Assembly (NCBI GenBank): GCA_963850905.1
Contig: CAWKMU010000003.1
Location: forward strand, 2,752,001 to 2,816,000
DNA: 64,000 nucleotides
Source: an uncultured Gemmatimonadales bacterium
Lineage (GTDB): Bacteria > Gemmatimonadota > Gemmatimonadetes > Gemmatimonadales > Gemmatimonadaceae
Reading direction: 5' to 3'
The first letter of the stretch is position 1. The number at the start of each line of letters is the position of its first letter. The notes under the pieces are model-generated. The model was not told the origin of the DNA and did no database searches. It saw nothing but the letters and a program-made list of their open reading frames with translations. This document shows, in pieces, positions 49,757-59,523 of this stretch. The position numbers and the translations under genes are program-made.

Positions 49757-49856
49757 CTAGACGCTGGACATTGGAAGGCAAACCTCGAGGCCAGCCGCCG
49801 TGCATGCAGCTGACCTCGAGGTTTGCCTTCCAACGTCTAGCGTCTAGCGTCTAGCC
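49757..49856. repeat. Second copy of the CCTCGAGG hairpin element, with a perfect 20-bp inverted repeat
   Basis: TTGGAAGGCAAACCTCGAGG (49771-49790) / CCTCGAGGTTTGCCTTCCAA (49814-49833) plus GCGTCTA heptamers. Confidence 0.8.
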
Positions 49857-50319
49857 TCCACCTCACCCTCGTCGTCGCCACCACGTCGCCATCTGGGTCG
49901 CGGACGACAGACGTCACCTCATAATCCGTTGGGCCGGACACGACCGGCGGATCACAGCGGCATTCTGCGGTCATCGTCCCCCGTGCCTTTTTCGTGTACT
50001 CGATCGTGATGCTGCGGACGATGCCGCGAACCGTGTCGGGCAGTGCCGCCGTGAGCGCCAACCCGCTGGTGAATTCGGCCAGATTGGCGAGTGCGATGGC
50101 GTGAATCGAATGGAGGTGGTTGCGGACGCGTCGGCGATCACGCATGGCGACGCGCGCGTACCCCGGCTCCAGTTCGAGCACCAGAGGGCGCGTACTGCCG
50201 GTGTACGGGATCAGGATGCCGACCAGTCGGCTGAAAAGGCGACGGCCGCCTGGCAGAGACCGCAGGCGCCGCCATGATGTCCGAATCCTCGCCGCGACAT
50301 CCTGCCGGTGCGTCGACAT
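49837..50319 (-). CDS. Hotdog-fold thioesterase-like protein (DUF4442/PaaI)
   Basis: PYTGS, VRNHLHSIHAIALANLAE, IEYTKKARG. Confidence 0.9.
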   Translation of the reverse strand: MSTHRQDVAARIRTSWRRLRSLPGGRRLFSRLVGILIPYTGSTRPLVLELEPGYARVAMRDRRRVRNHLHSIHAIALANLAEFTSGLALTAALPDTVRGIVRSITIEYTKKARGTMTAECRCDPPVVSGPTDYEVTSVVRDPDGDVVATTRVRWRLDARR

Positions 50320-50367
50320 GTTTACGGTCTAAGTCCCTGTGTTACTCTGATTTGACAACGAGTTGCG

Positions 50368-50396
50368 TTGCAAGTGTCGACCCGATCGGTTAACGT
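50368..50396 (+). promoter_or_regulatory. Sigma70-type promoter of infA (TTGCAA-N17-TAACGT)
   Basis: Near-consensus hexamers with a 17-nt spacer, ~60 nt upstream of infA. Confidence 0.6.
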
Positions 50397-50458
50397 TTGT
50401 TTCAAGATACACGTCCCTGGGGCGTGCGCGCCCTTCGTTCGTCCATCAACTGGTCCCT

Positions 50459-50680
50459 ATGGCGAAACAAGAAGCGATCGAGCTCGAAGGCACGGTAGCG
50501 GAAGTGCTGCCGAACGCCACTTTTCGCGTCGTGATGGACAACGGCCACGACGTGCTCACGACCCTCGGCGGCAACATGCGCCGATTCCGTATCCGCGTCC
50601 TGGCGGGCGATCGGGTCAAGATCGAAGTCTCCCCGTACGATTTGACTCGGGGTCGCATCACCTACCGGCACAAAGCGTAG
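50459..50680 (+). CDS. infA: Translation initiation factor IF-1
   Basis: [24 protein letters not shown]...[26 protein letters not shown]. Confidence 0.98.
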   Translation: MAKQEAIELEGTVAEVLPNATFRVVMDNGHDVLTTLGGNMRRFRIRVLAGDRVKIEVSPYDLTRGRITYRHKA

Positions 50681-50685
50681 CCGCG

Positions 50686-52770
50686 ATTTACCGCGCCGCG
50701 CGGGTCGTCGCCGCCGCTGCGCGGCGCTGGGCCGGGGCGTGCCTCATTGGTCTCGCGGCCGGAACGTCCGGGTCGACCCTCTATGCGCAGGGGGTCGCCG
50801 ACTCGACTCTCGCCCTTGTGCTCCACGCTCGCACCTACGATCGCGCGGGGCAATTAGACAGCGCGCGGGCGGCCTACGAAGCTGCGGCGGACCAGCTGCC
50901 GAGAGTCGGCGACTGGCTGCGGCTGCGCGCCGCGGGCGTGACCGCAGATAGCACCTCGCGCGCCGCCGACTATGCTGCGCTCGTGAATCCGATTGCGCGC
51001 GCGCGGATCCAATGGACGGAAGCCGAAGCCCGAGAGAGAACGGGCGACCTCATTGGCGCCGCGCGCGCGTATGCGTTGCTAGGTGCCCACCTCGACGCGC
51101 TGCGGGACAGCGCCGCCGCGATCGCGGGCAGCAACAACGATTCGACACGCCTTGCCATTCGCACCTCGCTATTGGGCATCATCGCGGACCACTCTGGCGC
51201 GCCGGACGCGCGCGCGGCGATCGACGTGGTCGACCGGTACTTCGTACCCTTGACGCCCAGCGAGGAGCTCACCGTCGGACGCAGCGCCGGGGTCGGCGGG
51301 CCCGCGCCGCGCGCCGTGGCCGCGTTCGACCGCGTGGTCGCTGCGACGTCCATCGATTCACTCGCGCCACGAGATGCGTATCTCTACGCGACCGCACTGG
51401 CGCGGATCCACCGCGACATCGACGCGGCGAGGGTCTATGCCGCCCTCGCAAGCCGGCCGCAAGCAGCGGTGCAGCCCGCGCTCGCACACGCGGCGCTCTA
51501 CCAGCGGGCCCGTGCCCTCATCGCGGCGGGCGACCGCCCGACCGCTCGGACGGTGTTGCGCGGACTGCTCCGGGCTGCGCCACGCGATACGGTGGGTGCG
51601 AGTGCGCTCATGCTGCTCGCCGATCTGGCCACGGACGACCGTGACGACGCGGCCGCACGGCGGACGTTCCTGGAGGTCACCCGCAAGTTCCCCCAGAGCA
51701 TCTGGGCGCCCCGCGCGGCGTTCCATGCCGCGCTGATCGCGTATGTCGCCGGCACCACGACGCAGGCCGCGCGTGAGTGGGACGCGCTGGTCGTACGATA
51801 TCTCCGCACCGACGACTCGAGTGCGGCGCGCTACTGGGCCGGACGCTCGTGGGCGCGAGCGGGCAAGCGGCGCTTCGCCACGGTGCGCTGGCGGCGGGTC
51901 ATCGCCGGTGACCCGCTGTCCTACTATGCGATGCTCAGCGCTCGCCGGCTCGGCACCGCGGCGCCGATCGCCTCGATCACACCCGATACCGCCGCGAGCG
52001 CACTCGCGCCGCCCGTCGACAGCGCAATCACTCGCGCCGCTGAGCTCGAGGGGCTGGGGATGGAAACCGAGGCCAAGTTCGAGGTCGACTACGCGCTGCA
52101 GACGGCCAGCGGGACGCCGTCCGGAGTGTTTGGCGCCGGCGTGGCGCTCGCGCGGGTCGGAGAGGCTCACCGCGCGGTGTCCATCGGATGGCGACTCGTC
52201 GATCGGAGCGATACCGCGTGGCGCGACCCACGTGTGCTCCGTCTCATCTATCCTCTGGCCTACGGTGACACGCTCGCCGAGCTGGCACGGGCGAAAGGGC
52301 TTGATCCGGCGCTGGTAGCGGCCATCGTTCGGCAGGAGTCTGCGTTCAACCCGCACGCCGTATCCGTCGCCGGCGCGCGCGGTCTCATGCAAATCATGCC
52401 GAGTGTGGGCCGTGGCCTGGCGGTTTCGAGACGCCTCGATCCATCAGACCCGACGCTGCTCGATGAACCGGGCGTCAACCTGACGTTCGGCGTCGCGCAC
52501 CTGGCGACGTTCTTCGAGTTGGAAGGCGGCAGCGTCGTTCGCACGCTGGCCGCGTACAATGCCGGCCCGAGCCGCGTCGCCGCTTGGGTGACCAAGCGCG
52601 GCACCGACGATCCGGAGGTGTTTGTCGAGCGGATCCCCTTTCCGGAAACGCGGGACTACGTCCGGGCCATTCTCCGCGGCCGCGAGGTGTATGCCAGACT
52701 GTACGACCTCGCCATGGCTGACCACCCCAGCCCGGCTAGCAAAGCGCCGACGACATCACTCGGCCAGTGA
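50686..52770 (+). CDS. Soluble lytic transglycosylase (Slt70-like) with TPR region; start uncertain
   Basis: IVRQESAF, GARGLMQIMP, LAAYNAG, ETRDYV; TPR-like helices upstream. Confidence 0.9.
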   Translation: MYRAARVVAAAARRWAGACLIGLAAGTSGSTLYAQGVADSTLALVLHARTYDRAGQLDSARAAYEAAADQLPRVGDWLRLRAAGVTADSTSRAADYAALVNPIARARIQWTEAEARERTGDLIGAARAYALLGAHLDALRDSAAAIAGSNNDSTRLAIRTSLLGIIADHSGAPDARAAIDVVDRYFVPLTPSEELTVGRSAGVGGPAPRAVAAFDRVVAATSIDSLAPRDAYLYATALARIHRDIDAARVYAALASRPQAAVQPALAHAALYQRARALIAAGDRPTARTVLRGLLRAAPRDTVGASALMLLADLATDDRDDAAARRTFLEVTRKFPQSIWAPRAAFHAALIAYVAGTTTQAAREWDALVVRYLRTDDSSAARYWAGRSWARAGKRRFATVRWRRVIAGDPLSYYAMLSARRLGTAAPIASITPDTAASALAPPVDSAITRAAELEGLGMETEAKFEVDYALQTASGTPSGVFGAGVALARVGEAHRAVSIGWRLVDRSDTAWRDPRVLRLIYPLAYGDTLAELARAKGLDPALVAAIVRQESAFNPHAVSVAGARGLMQIMPSVGRGLAVSRRLDPSDPTLLDEPGVNLTFGVAHLATFFELEGGSVVRTLAAYNAGPSRVAAWVTKRGTDDPEVFVERIPFPETRDYVRAILRGREVYARLYDLAMADHPSPASKAPTTSLGQ

Positions 52771-53315
52771 GCGCCCAGATAGACGCGCGAGAACCCCACG
52801 AGCAGGATAAATAGTCCTGCCACCACGAGCGCTCCAATCCGAATGCCGAGTGGCGCGGAGCGGGTCAGGAGGAGCGCACCAAAACCAAAAATGATCACGG
52901 CCAGCATGGCGTGCCCCGACGGGAAGCTGTACCACCCGGCATCGGTCAGCTTCGGCGAGATGCCAACCGGCCGATGGTGGCGGACCAGTTCTTTGATGAG
53001 GAGCATGAATAGCTCACCGCCGATGCACGCGACGACGTACACCAGCGCGTCCCCTCGACGACCCATCAGGTAGAGCGAGACGGCGATCACGAGCGCGATG
53101 GGCACCGCCAACCGCCCCGCGACGAACGAGACGGCGATCAGGAGCGGCGTGAGGCCGGGCGAGGCCAGCGAGCGCACGGCGAGAATCCCGTTCGTGTCCG
53201 GCGGTCGCAGCACATCGGTCGCGACGAGCACACTGAGCACCACCAGCAGCACAGCGCAGACGGCGGCCACCGCCAGCCCTGGCCGCTCACTCGCCGACAT
53301 CGAGTGCGCCGTCAC
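52656..53315 (-). CDS. PAP2 family phosphatase
   Basis: K..RHHRP, SFPSGH, SRVYLGAHWPSDV. Confidence 0.93.
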   Translation of the reverse strand: MTAHSMSASERPGLAVAAVCAVLLVVLSVLVATDVLRPPDTNGILAVRSLASPGLTPLLIAVSFVAGRLAVPIALVIAVSLYLMGRRGDALVYVVACIGGELFMLLIKELVRHHRPVGISPKLTDAGWYSFPSGHAMLAVIIFGFGALLLTRSAPLGIRIGALVVAGLFILLVGFSRVYLGAHWPSDVVGALLAGLGWSAMARSYSLAYTSRPRRMART

Positions 53316-55372
53316 CGATAGCCGGCTGCCTGCATCGCGAACAGTTCGCTATACAGGCCGCCACGATCCACGAGCTCCTGGTGCGTTCCTTCCTCCACGA
53401 CGTGGCCCCCTTCCGGACCCGCCTGCAGGACAACGATGCGATCGGCCATACGCACCGTGGAGAACCGGTGGGAAATGAGCACGGCGGTTCGGCCGGCGAC
53501 GAGCTCGGAGAAGCGCAGGAACACTTCGTATTCGGCGCGCGCATCGAGTGCCGCGGTAGGCTCGTCGAGGATCAGCACTTGCGCTTCCCGGAGATACGCG
53601 CGCGCAAGCGCCACCTTTTGCCACTCGCCCCCCGAGAGATCGATCCCGCCTTGGAACCGCCGTCCGAGCATCTGCCGGTATCCCAACGGCAGCCTCGCGA
53701 GCAGTGTCGTCGCGAGTGACTGCTCGGCAGCGTGCACGATCGGCGCGAACGGACGGACAAACGTGGCGGCCGCAATCGCTCCGGACGTACGCACCGCGCT
53801 GGCCGTGCCGTTGCCCCCAGCGGCGGGGACGCGCGAGCGACTCGCGGCCTTGTCCGACGAGTCGCTTCCCGCACCCTCTCCCTCTCGACGGGTCTCGAAC
53901 GCGCTCAGCGTCGCCTCTGCTTGGTCGAGATACGCGCGGGTCTGATCGATCTGGCCCACACCGATGTTCTCGTCCAGCGGGAAATCGTATCGGACGAAAT
54001 CTTGAAAGATGACACCGATCGTTTGCCGGACCGACGCAATGTCGTAGTCGCGGAGGTCCATGCCATCGAGCAGGATCCGACCCTCGGTCGGGTCGTAGAG
54101 GCGCGCGAGCAGCTTGGTCAGTGTCGTCTTGCCCGAGCCGTTCTCGCCGACGAGTGCGATGCGTTGCCCAGGCGTCAGTTTCAGATTGATGTGTCGGACG
54201 GCCCACCGGTCGCTTCCCGGATACTTGAATCCGACGTCTTCGAAGACAAATCCGGTCTGGAGCGGGCGGGCGATCGCTGGCGCGCCGGCGCGGGCGGCCA
54301 TCGTCGGTTTGATCTCGAAGAAGGCGAACAGGTCGCGAAGGTAGAGCGCCTGTTCGTACACGTCACTAGCCTGCAACAGCAGTCGCTGGATGATGTCGCG
54401 GCTCTGTTGGAATGACCCGGCCAGTCCGTAGAACGCACCGATGGAAATGATGCCTCGGACAGTCTTGATGATGATCAGGACGTAGGCGAGGTAGTAGCCC
54501 GCGGTGCCGAGCAGCGACAATCCGGCACTGACCACGGCGCGCTTGGTTGCGATCTGCCGGTTGGCCTTGTAGAACCGATGCGCGAGCACGCGATAGCGAT
54601 CGGTGAGCCAGGGGGCGATGCGGAACATTTGCACTTCCTTGGCTGTCCGATCGCTTGCGGCCAGGAAGCGCAGGTAATCCAGGAGCCGCCGCTCCGCCGT
54701 CCAGCGAAAGAGCAGCGAATAGCTCATCGCTGCGAAGTGCGTTTGCCCAATGAAGCTGGGCAGGATCGTGATGGCGAGAATGATCAGCAGAACCGGGCTG
54801 AAAAAGACCACCAGCCCTGCGATCAGTGTAATGAGCGTGATCAGGTCCTGGCCCATCGAGAGCATCTGCGTGAGGAGGCCGATTCGACCAACCGTCTCGC
54901 GTCGCGCACGCTCGAGCAGGTCGTAGAAGCGGGGGTCCTCGAACTGCGCCAGATCGAGCGTCGACGCGTGCTCCATGATCCGCACGCTGATCCGGTTCGC
55001 GAACAAGTCGCCCAGCAGGCTCTCGATGAGGATCGAGCCTCTGGCGAGGAGCTCGGCCGCGACCACGATCGCGAACAAGATCCCCACCAGATGCCAGATC
55101 CGCCCCCATTGGGCGATCTCGGTCCAGTGCCAGGTGTGTGCCGGCTGGGCGACGACCTCTTTGCCCTGCGCGATGATGGCGTTGAACAGCAAGCTGATAA
55201 CGGCCAACTCGCCCGCAGGTGTCAGCGCCCGCAGGAAACGCAACACGAACATCGTCGCCGCGAACGGCGGATGTGTTTCCCAGATGAGCTTGATCATCGG
55301 CCCCACGTAGCGCAGTGCGGTAAAGCGCTGCGCCCAGGTGGGCGTCTGCGCGTCGGCGTCTACGGAGGCCAT
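53312..55372 (-). CDS. ABC exporter, fused permease/ATPase
   Basis: N-terminal TMD; GENGSGKTT, LSGGEWQK, LDEPTAALD, ISHRFSTVR. Confidence 0.94.
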   Translation of the reverse strand: MASVDADAQTPTWAQRFTALRYVGPMIKLIWETHPPFAATMFVLRFLRALTPAGELAVISLLFNAIIAQGKEVVAQPAHTWHWTEIAQWGRIWHLVGILFAIVVAAELLARGSILIESLLGDLFANRISVRIMEHASTLDLAQFEDPRFYDLLERARRETVGRIGLLTQMLSMGQDLITLITLIAGLVVFFSPVLLIILAITILPSFIGQTHFAAMSYSLLFRWTAERRLLDYLRFLAASDRTAKEVQMFRIAPWLTDRYRVLAHRFYKANRQIATKRAVVSAGLSLLGTAGYYLAYVLIIIKTVRGIISIGAFYGLAGSFQQSRDIIQRLLLQASDVYEQALYLRDLFAFFEIKPTMAARAGAPAIARPLQTGFVFEDVGFKYPGSDRWAVRHINLKLTPGQRIALVGENGSGKTTLTKLLARLYDPTEGRILLDGMDLRDYDIASVRQTIGVIFQDFVRYDFPLDENIGVGQIDQTRAYLDQAEATLSAFETRREGEGAGSDSSDKAASRSRVPAAGGNGTASAVRTSGAIAAATFVRPFAPIVHAAEQSLATTLLARLPLGYRQMLGRRFQGGIDLSGGEWQKVALARAYLREAQVLILDEPTAALDARAEYEVFLRFSELVAGRTAVLISHRFSTVRMADRIVVLQAGPEGGHVVEEGTHQELVDRGGLYSELFAMQAAGYR

Positions 55373-55458
55373 ACGTGGGGTGAAAAGCTAAGCGTCCTCG
55401 TCCGCGATGGGCGACTTTTTGCATAATTTGATTGCAGTCGCGGCCAGCGGAGAAGCCA

Positions 55459-55926
55459 ATGATCAAGTCGCAGATGGCGGAACGCAATGGACGTCAGCCG
55501 CGCCCGTGGCGCCTCGGCGTCTTGAGCGGGCTTGTGCTCGGGCTGTGCGTGGCTCACAAGGCCTCCGCCCAGGGCGGCGCGGGGGCCTCGAGCCAGGCGG
55601 CCCCGCAACCCGGAACGGATGTCTCGCACACCTTCGGCAGCATGAAGGGTGACCTGCGGCGACTCGTCAGCGCCAACGAGGTGTATCGCGCCGAGAAAGG
55701 GCAGTACGCCGCAAGCGTGGATGCGCTCCGCGGGTACCATGCATTGGCGGGGGTGACGGTGACCATTCTGCAAGCATCGAGCACAGGCTGGGCCGGGCAA
55801 TCGACCGCCGCGTCCGTTCCGGGGAAGAGTTGCGTGATTGCGGTCGGAAAGGTTGCGACTCCATCGACCACGCTCGCCGATAAGCGGTCGGGAGCCGAGG
55901 CCGTCGCGGTCTGCGACAATCCGTAA
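55459..55926 (+). CDS. Exported protein resembling a type IV pilin head domain
   Basis: Sec-type leader ending KASA|Q; MKGDLRRLVSANEVY...GW...C...C. Confidence 0.6.
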   Translation: MIKSQMAERNGRQPRPWRLGVLSGLVLGLCVAHKASAQGGAGASSQAAPQPGTDVSHTFGSMKGDLRRLVSANEVYRAEKGQYAASVDALRGYHALAGVTVTILQASSTGWAGQSTAASVPGKSCVIAVGKVATPSTTLADKRSGAEAVAVCDNP

Positions 55927-56194
55927 CCGCGCGGGCGTGGCGCGCCCGAGAGAAAAGCACGAAGGAAGGAGAGAGGGACCGCGGACGCCAAATGGCCGGA
56001 CGGGCGAATTGCCGTGAGACAGCGGCACGCCTGGGCCGGCTAAGCCTCCGTTCATCAGGCTTGACGCCCCGGGCGTGAGGCTCCTGTTGCGCCCGTACCA
56101 CGCCCTGTGCTGCAAGCCGGTGCATAAGGTCATGGTCGCAAAACGACCGCCCTCTGCTCTCGCATTTGTCTGCTCTCGGCCGCCTCAGCGGCCG

Positions 56195-56287
56195 TGGCAC
56201 AACTCTCGCTAGCACCATGGGTTGGAGCGCCGCCGACCCTGCGGATCGCCGGCATGCGCCCCACCTCCCGATGGCACAAGCCCCGCA
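56195..56287 (+). promoter_or_regulatory. Two sigma54-like -24/-12 elements upstream of aceA
   Basis: TGGCACAACTCTCGCT (56195) and TGGCACAAGCCCCGCA (56272), both GG-N10-GC. Confidence 0.45.
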
Positions 56288-56378
56288 CATCCGGGTCGCG
56301 CACGCGCGACTCGGACATGCGGCGCCTGTGCCCCCAATCGTCACGATTCACCTTCGCGCCCCTTGGATGGAGATCGCC

Positions 56379-57689
56379 ATGCCCCGCAGCCAGATCGATA
56401 CGGAAGTCGCGGCCTTGACCAGAGCGTGGGAGTCGGATGCTCGCTGGCGCGGGGTCCGGCGCGACTACACTCCGGCCGATGTCGTCCGCTTGCGGGGCTC
56501 CGTGCGGATTGAGCATTCACTGGCCCGGCGCGGCGCCGTGCGCCTCTGGGACCGCCTGCGTGGCGATGGCTACGTCCACACATTCGGCGCCCTCACCGGT
56601 GCCCAAGCGGTGCAGATGGTGAAAGCGGGCCTCGAGGCGATCTACCTGAGCGGTTGGCAGGTCGCGGCCGATGCCAACCTCGCGGCGCAGACCTACCCCG
56701 ACCAGAGCCTGTACCCATCGTCGAGCGTGCCAGCGCTCGTCAAACGCCTCAACAACGCGCTGGTGCGAGCCGACCAGATCGAGTGGGGCGAGGGCGAGGC
56801 ACAGCGAGATTGGATGGTCCCCATCGTCGCAGACGCGGAGGCCGGGTTCGGTGGGCCCATCCATGCGTTTGAGCTCATGAAGGCGATGATTGAGTCCGGA
56901 GCCGCCGGCGTCCACTTCGAGGACCAACTGGCGTCGGAGAAGAAGTGCGGACACATGGGAGGCAAAGTCCTGGTTCCGACCGCGCAGTTCATTCGGACCC
57001 TGACGGCCGCCCGGCTCGCCGCGGACGTGGCCGGGGTGCCGACCGTCCTCGTCGCTCGAACCGACGCGCTGGCTGCGAGTCTCATCACGAGCGACGTCGA
57101 CGAGCGCGATCGCGCGTTCATGACCGGGACGCGCACGGCCGAGGGATACTACGGTGTCGAGGGGTCGCTCGAGAGCGCGACCGCCCGAGCCATCGCGTAT
57201 GCCCCGTACGCGGACATGCTGTGGTGTGAGACGTCGCGGCCCGATCTCGCCGAAGCGCGTCGGTTCGCGGCCGCCATCCACGCCCACTACCCCGGCAAGC
57301 TGCTCGCGTACAACTGCTCCCCCTCATTCAACTGGCAGCGCAACCTGGACGCCGGGCAGATCGCCAGGTTCCAACGCGAGCTCTCGGCGATGGGCTACAA
57401 ATTCCAGTTCATCACGCTCGCCGGCTGGCACCTCGTCAATCTCGAGACTTTCGAGCTCGCGGCCGCGTACCGCGCGGAGGGCATGCCCGCGTACGTCCGC
57501 GTGCAAGAGCGCGAGTTTGCGCGCGAGCGCGACGGTTATACTGCGACGAAGCATCAGCGAGAGGCCGGGACCGGATACTTCGACCAGGTGCTGAACGTCG
57601 TGAGTGGCGGACACGCGTCGACGGGTGCGCTCGCCGGCTCGACGGAGGAGGAGCAGTTTCGCGGGCTAGAGGTGGCTGCAACGGTGTGA
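56379..57689 (+). CDS. aceA: Isocitrate lyase
   Basis: [46 protein letters not shown]. Confidence 0.97.
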   Translation: MPRSQIDTEVAALTRAWESDARWRGVRRDYTPADVVRLRGSVRIEHSLARRGAVRLWDRLRGDGYVHTFGALTGAQAVQMVKAGLEAIYLSGWQVAADANLAAQTYPDQSLYPSSSVPALVKRLNNALVRADQIEWGEGEAQRDWMVPIVADAEAGFGGPIHAFELMKAMIESGAAGVHFEDQLASEKKCGHMGGKVLVPTAQFIRTLTAARLAADVAGVPTVLVARTDALAASLITSDVDERDRAFMTGTRTAEGYYGVEGSLESATARAIAYAPYADMLWCETSRPDLAEARRFAAAIHAHYPGKLLAYNCSPSFNWQRNLDAGQIARFQRELSAMGYKFQFITLAGWHLVNLETFELAAAYRAEGMPAYVRVQEREFARERDGYTATKHQREAGTGYFDQVLNVVSGGHASTGALAGSTEEEQFRGLEVAATV

Positions 57690-57711
57690 CGACGCAGGGC
57701 CGGGTGACCCA

Positions 57712-57913
57712 TCACCCGGCTCTTTCAGTCCGTCCCCGCTGCAGCGCCGCTACCACCGCCTCTCCAAACGGGGGCAAATCCGCTGGCACACGCGCGCTGA
57801 TCAAGTTGCCGTCGATGACAACTGGCGCGTCACACCAGCTGCCTCCCGCGTTGGTGATGTCGTCCCGGATGCCGACCGTGGACGTCAGCCGTCGGCCACG
57901 GATCACGCCGGCG
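57712..57913 (-). pseudogene. C-terminal remnant of a PfpI/DJ-1 family protein
   Basis: AGVIRGRRLTSTVGIRDDITNAGGSWCDAPVVIDGNLISARVPADLPPF; the catalytic ICH region and N-terminus are not recognisable. Confidence 0.75.
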
Positions 57914-58077
57914 GTCGATGCGGCAGGGGCTCGCATTTGGGAAGCGGGACTTGACGCGACCCGCACCATGAAATTCCATACCGGATGCCTTGCCAGGTAG
58001 GGGGACGCTCGTCGCCCCGCAGCGCCGGTGCAGCGTCGAGCTGTGAATTGTCCGTAATCCGCCTTATACCACGACAC

Positions 58078-59523
58078 ATGGCAGGCGGGGTCGTGATCGC
58101 GCTCCTGGCCGGCGCGGGGTGTCGGCCCGCGCCGACGGTGCGTCCGCAACCCGTAGCGGCGCCGGTCGTGGTGACCGATGTCGCATATCGGAGCGACCCG
58201 TTTCTCTCCGACGTCGAAAGCCGGACGTTCGACTACTTCTGGCGCACGAGCGATCCGCGCTCGGGTCTGACCCCCGACCGCAGTCCGTCCCCGTCTTTTT
58301 CGAGTATCGCAGCGGTCGGTTTCGCGTTGACCGCGTACCCGATCGGAGTGGCCGAAGGCTATGTGTCCCGCGAACAAGCCGCACAGCGCGCGTGGACGAC
58401 CCTCAAGTATCTCTACGAGCTGCCGCAGGGACCCACGGACACCGGAGTGGCCGGCTACAAGGGCTTCTTCTATCACTTCCTCGACATGGAGACCGGACAC
58501 CGGTTTGCCCACGTCGAGCTGTCCACGATTGACACGGCGATCCTCGTGGCGGGCGCGCTGTTCTGCGCGGACTACTTCGACGGACCGTCCGCAGCCGAAT
58601 CGGGTGTACGCGCGTATGCGGATTCGCTCTACCGACGTGTCGACTGGACCTGGGCCTCACCCAACCCACCGGCTGTGTCGCTCGGCTGGAAGCCGGACAG
58701 TGGGTTCATTCAGTACGATTGGCGGGGATACAACGAAGGAATGATGCTGTACGTGCTCGCCCTCGGCTCGCCGACCCATCCAGTGGCGCCAGGGGCCTGG
58801 AACGAGTACACGCGGACGTACCGGTGGGAGGAGTGGTTCGGCCAGCAATACCTCGATTTCGGTCCCGCGTTCGGCCACGACTATTCGCAGATCTGGATCG
58901 ACTTCCGCGGGATCCAGGATGGGTTCATGCGGCAGCACGGGATCGATTACTTCGAGAACTCCCGTCGGGCCGCGTATGCCCAGCGCGCATACGCCATGTA
59001 CAATCCGATGGGATGGATTGGCTACGGGCCGGATGCCTGGGGGTTGAGCGCGTGCGACGGACCGGCGGACACCGGTGTGTCATTGAACGGCGTCTACCGC
59101 GTATTCCACTCCTATTGGGCGCGCGGCACGGACTTCACCCGTATCGCCGACGATGGGACCATCACCCCGTCCGCCGCCGGGGGCCTGATTCCATTCGCTC
59201 CCGAGCTCGCGATCCCGGCTCTCAAAGCGATTCGCTCGCGATACGGCAATCTGGTGTACTCGACCTATGGCTTCGTGGACGCCTACAACCCGAACTTCAC
59301 GCTGCCCATTCACACGCCGCTCGGACGCGTAGATGGCGCGCGCGGGTGGTTTGACACGGACTTCCTCGGCATCGATGAAGGCCCCTTGCTGACCATGATC
59401 GAGAACTATCGGACCGAGATGATCTGGACCATCATGCGCCGCAATCGGTACATCGTCAGAGGGCTCGAGCGCGCGGGGTTTTCGGGTGGATGGCTCGGCC
59501 GTGCCCCACCCCTGACGCAGTGA
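58078..59523 (+). CDS. GH144-like (glycoamylase domain) beta-1,2-glucanase lipoprotein
   Basis: TFDYFW, GLTPDR, SIAAVGF, GFFYHFLD, ELSTIDT, WRGYNE, WGLSACDG, GIDEGP; lipobox AGAGC. Confidence 0.88.
   Translation: MAGGVVIALLAGAGCRPAPTVRPQPVAAPVVVTDVAYRSDPFLSDVESRTFDYFWRTSDPRSGLTPDRSPSPSFSSIAAVGFALTAYPIGVAEGYVSREQAAQRAWTTLKYLYELPQGPTDTGVAGYKGFFYHFLDMETGHRFAHVELSTIDTAILVAGALFCADYFDGPSAAESGVRAYADSLYRRVDWTWASPNPPAVSLGWKPDSGFIQYDWRGYNEGMMLYVLALGSPTHPVAPGAWNEYTRTYRWEEWFGQQYLDFGPAFGHDYSQIWIDFRGIQDGFMRQHGIDYFENSRRAAYAQRAYAMYNPMGWIGYGPDAWGLSACDGPADTGVSLNGVYRVFHSYWARGTDFTRIADDGTITPSAAGGLIPFAPELAIPALKAIRSRYGNLVYSTYGFVDAYNPNFTLPIHTPLGRVDGARGWFDTDFLGIDEGPLLTMIENYRTEMIWTIMRRNRYIVRGLERAGFSGGWLGRAPPLTQ

Noticed and set aside
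58078..59523. Glucoamylase (starch hydrolase) label
   Set aside because: The domain name is historical; motifs and the GH1/ABC context fit GH144
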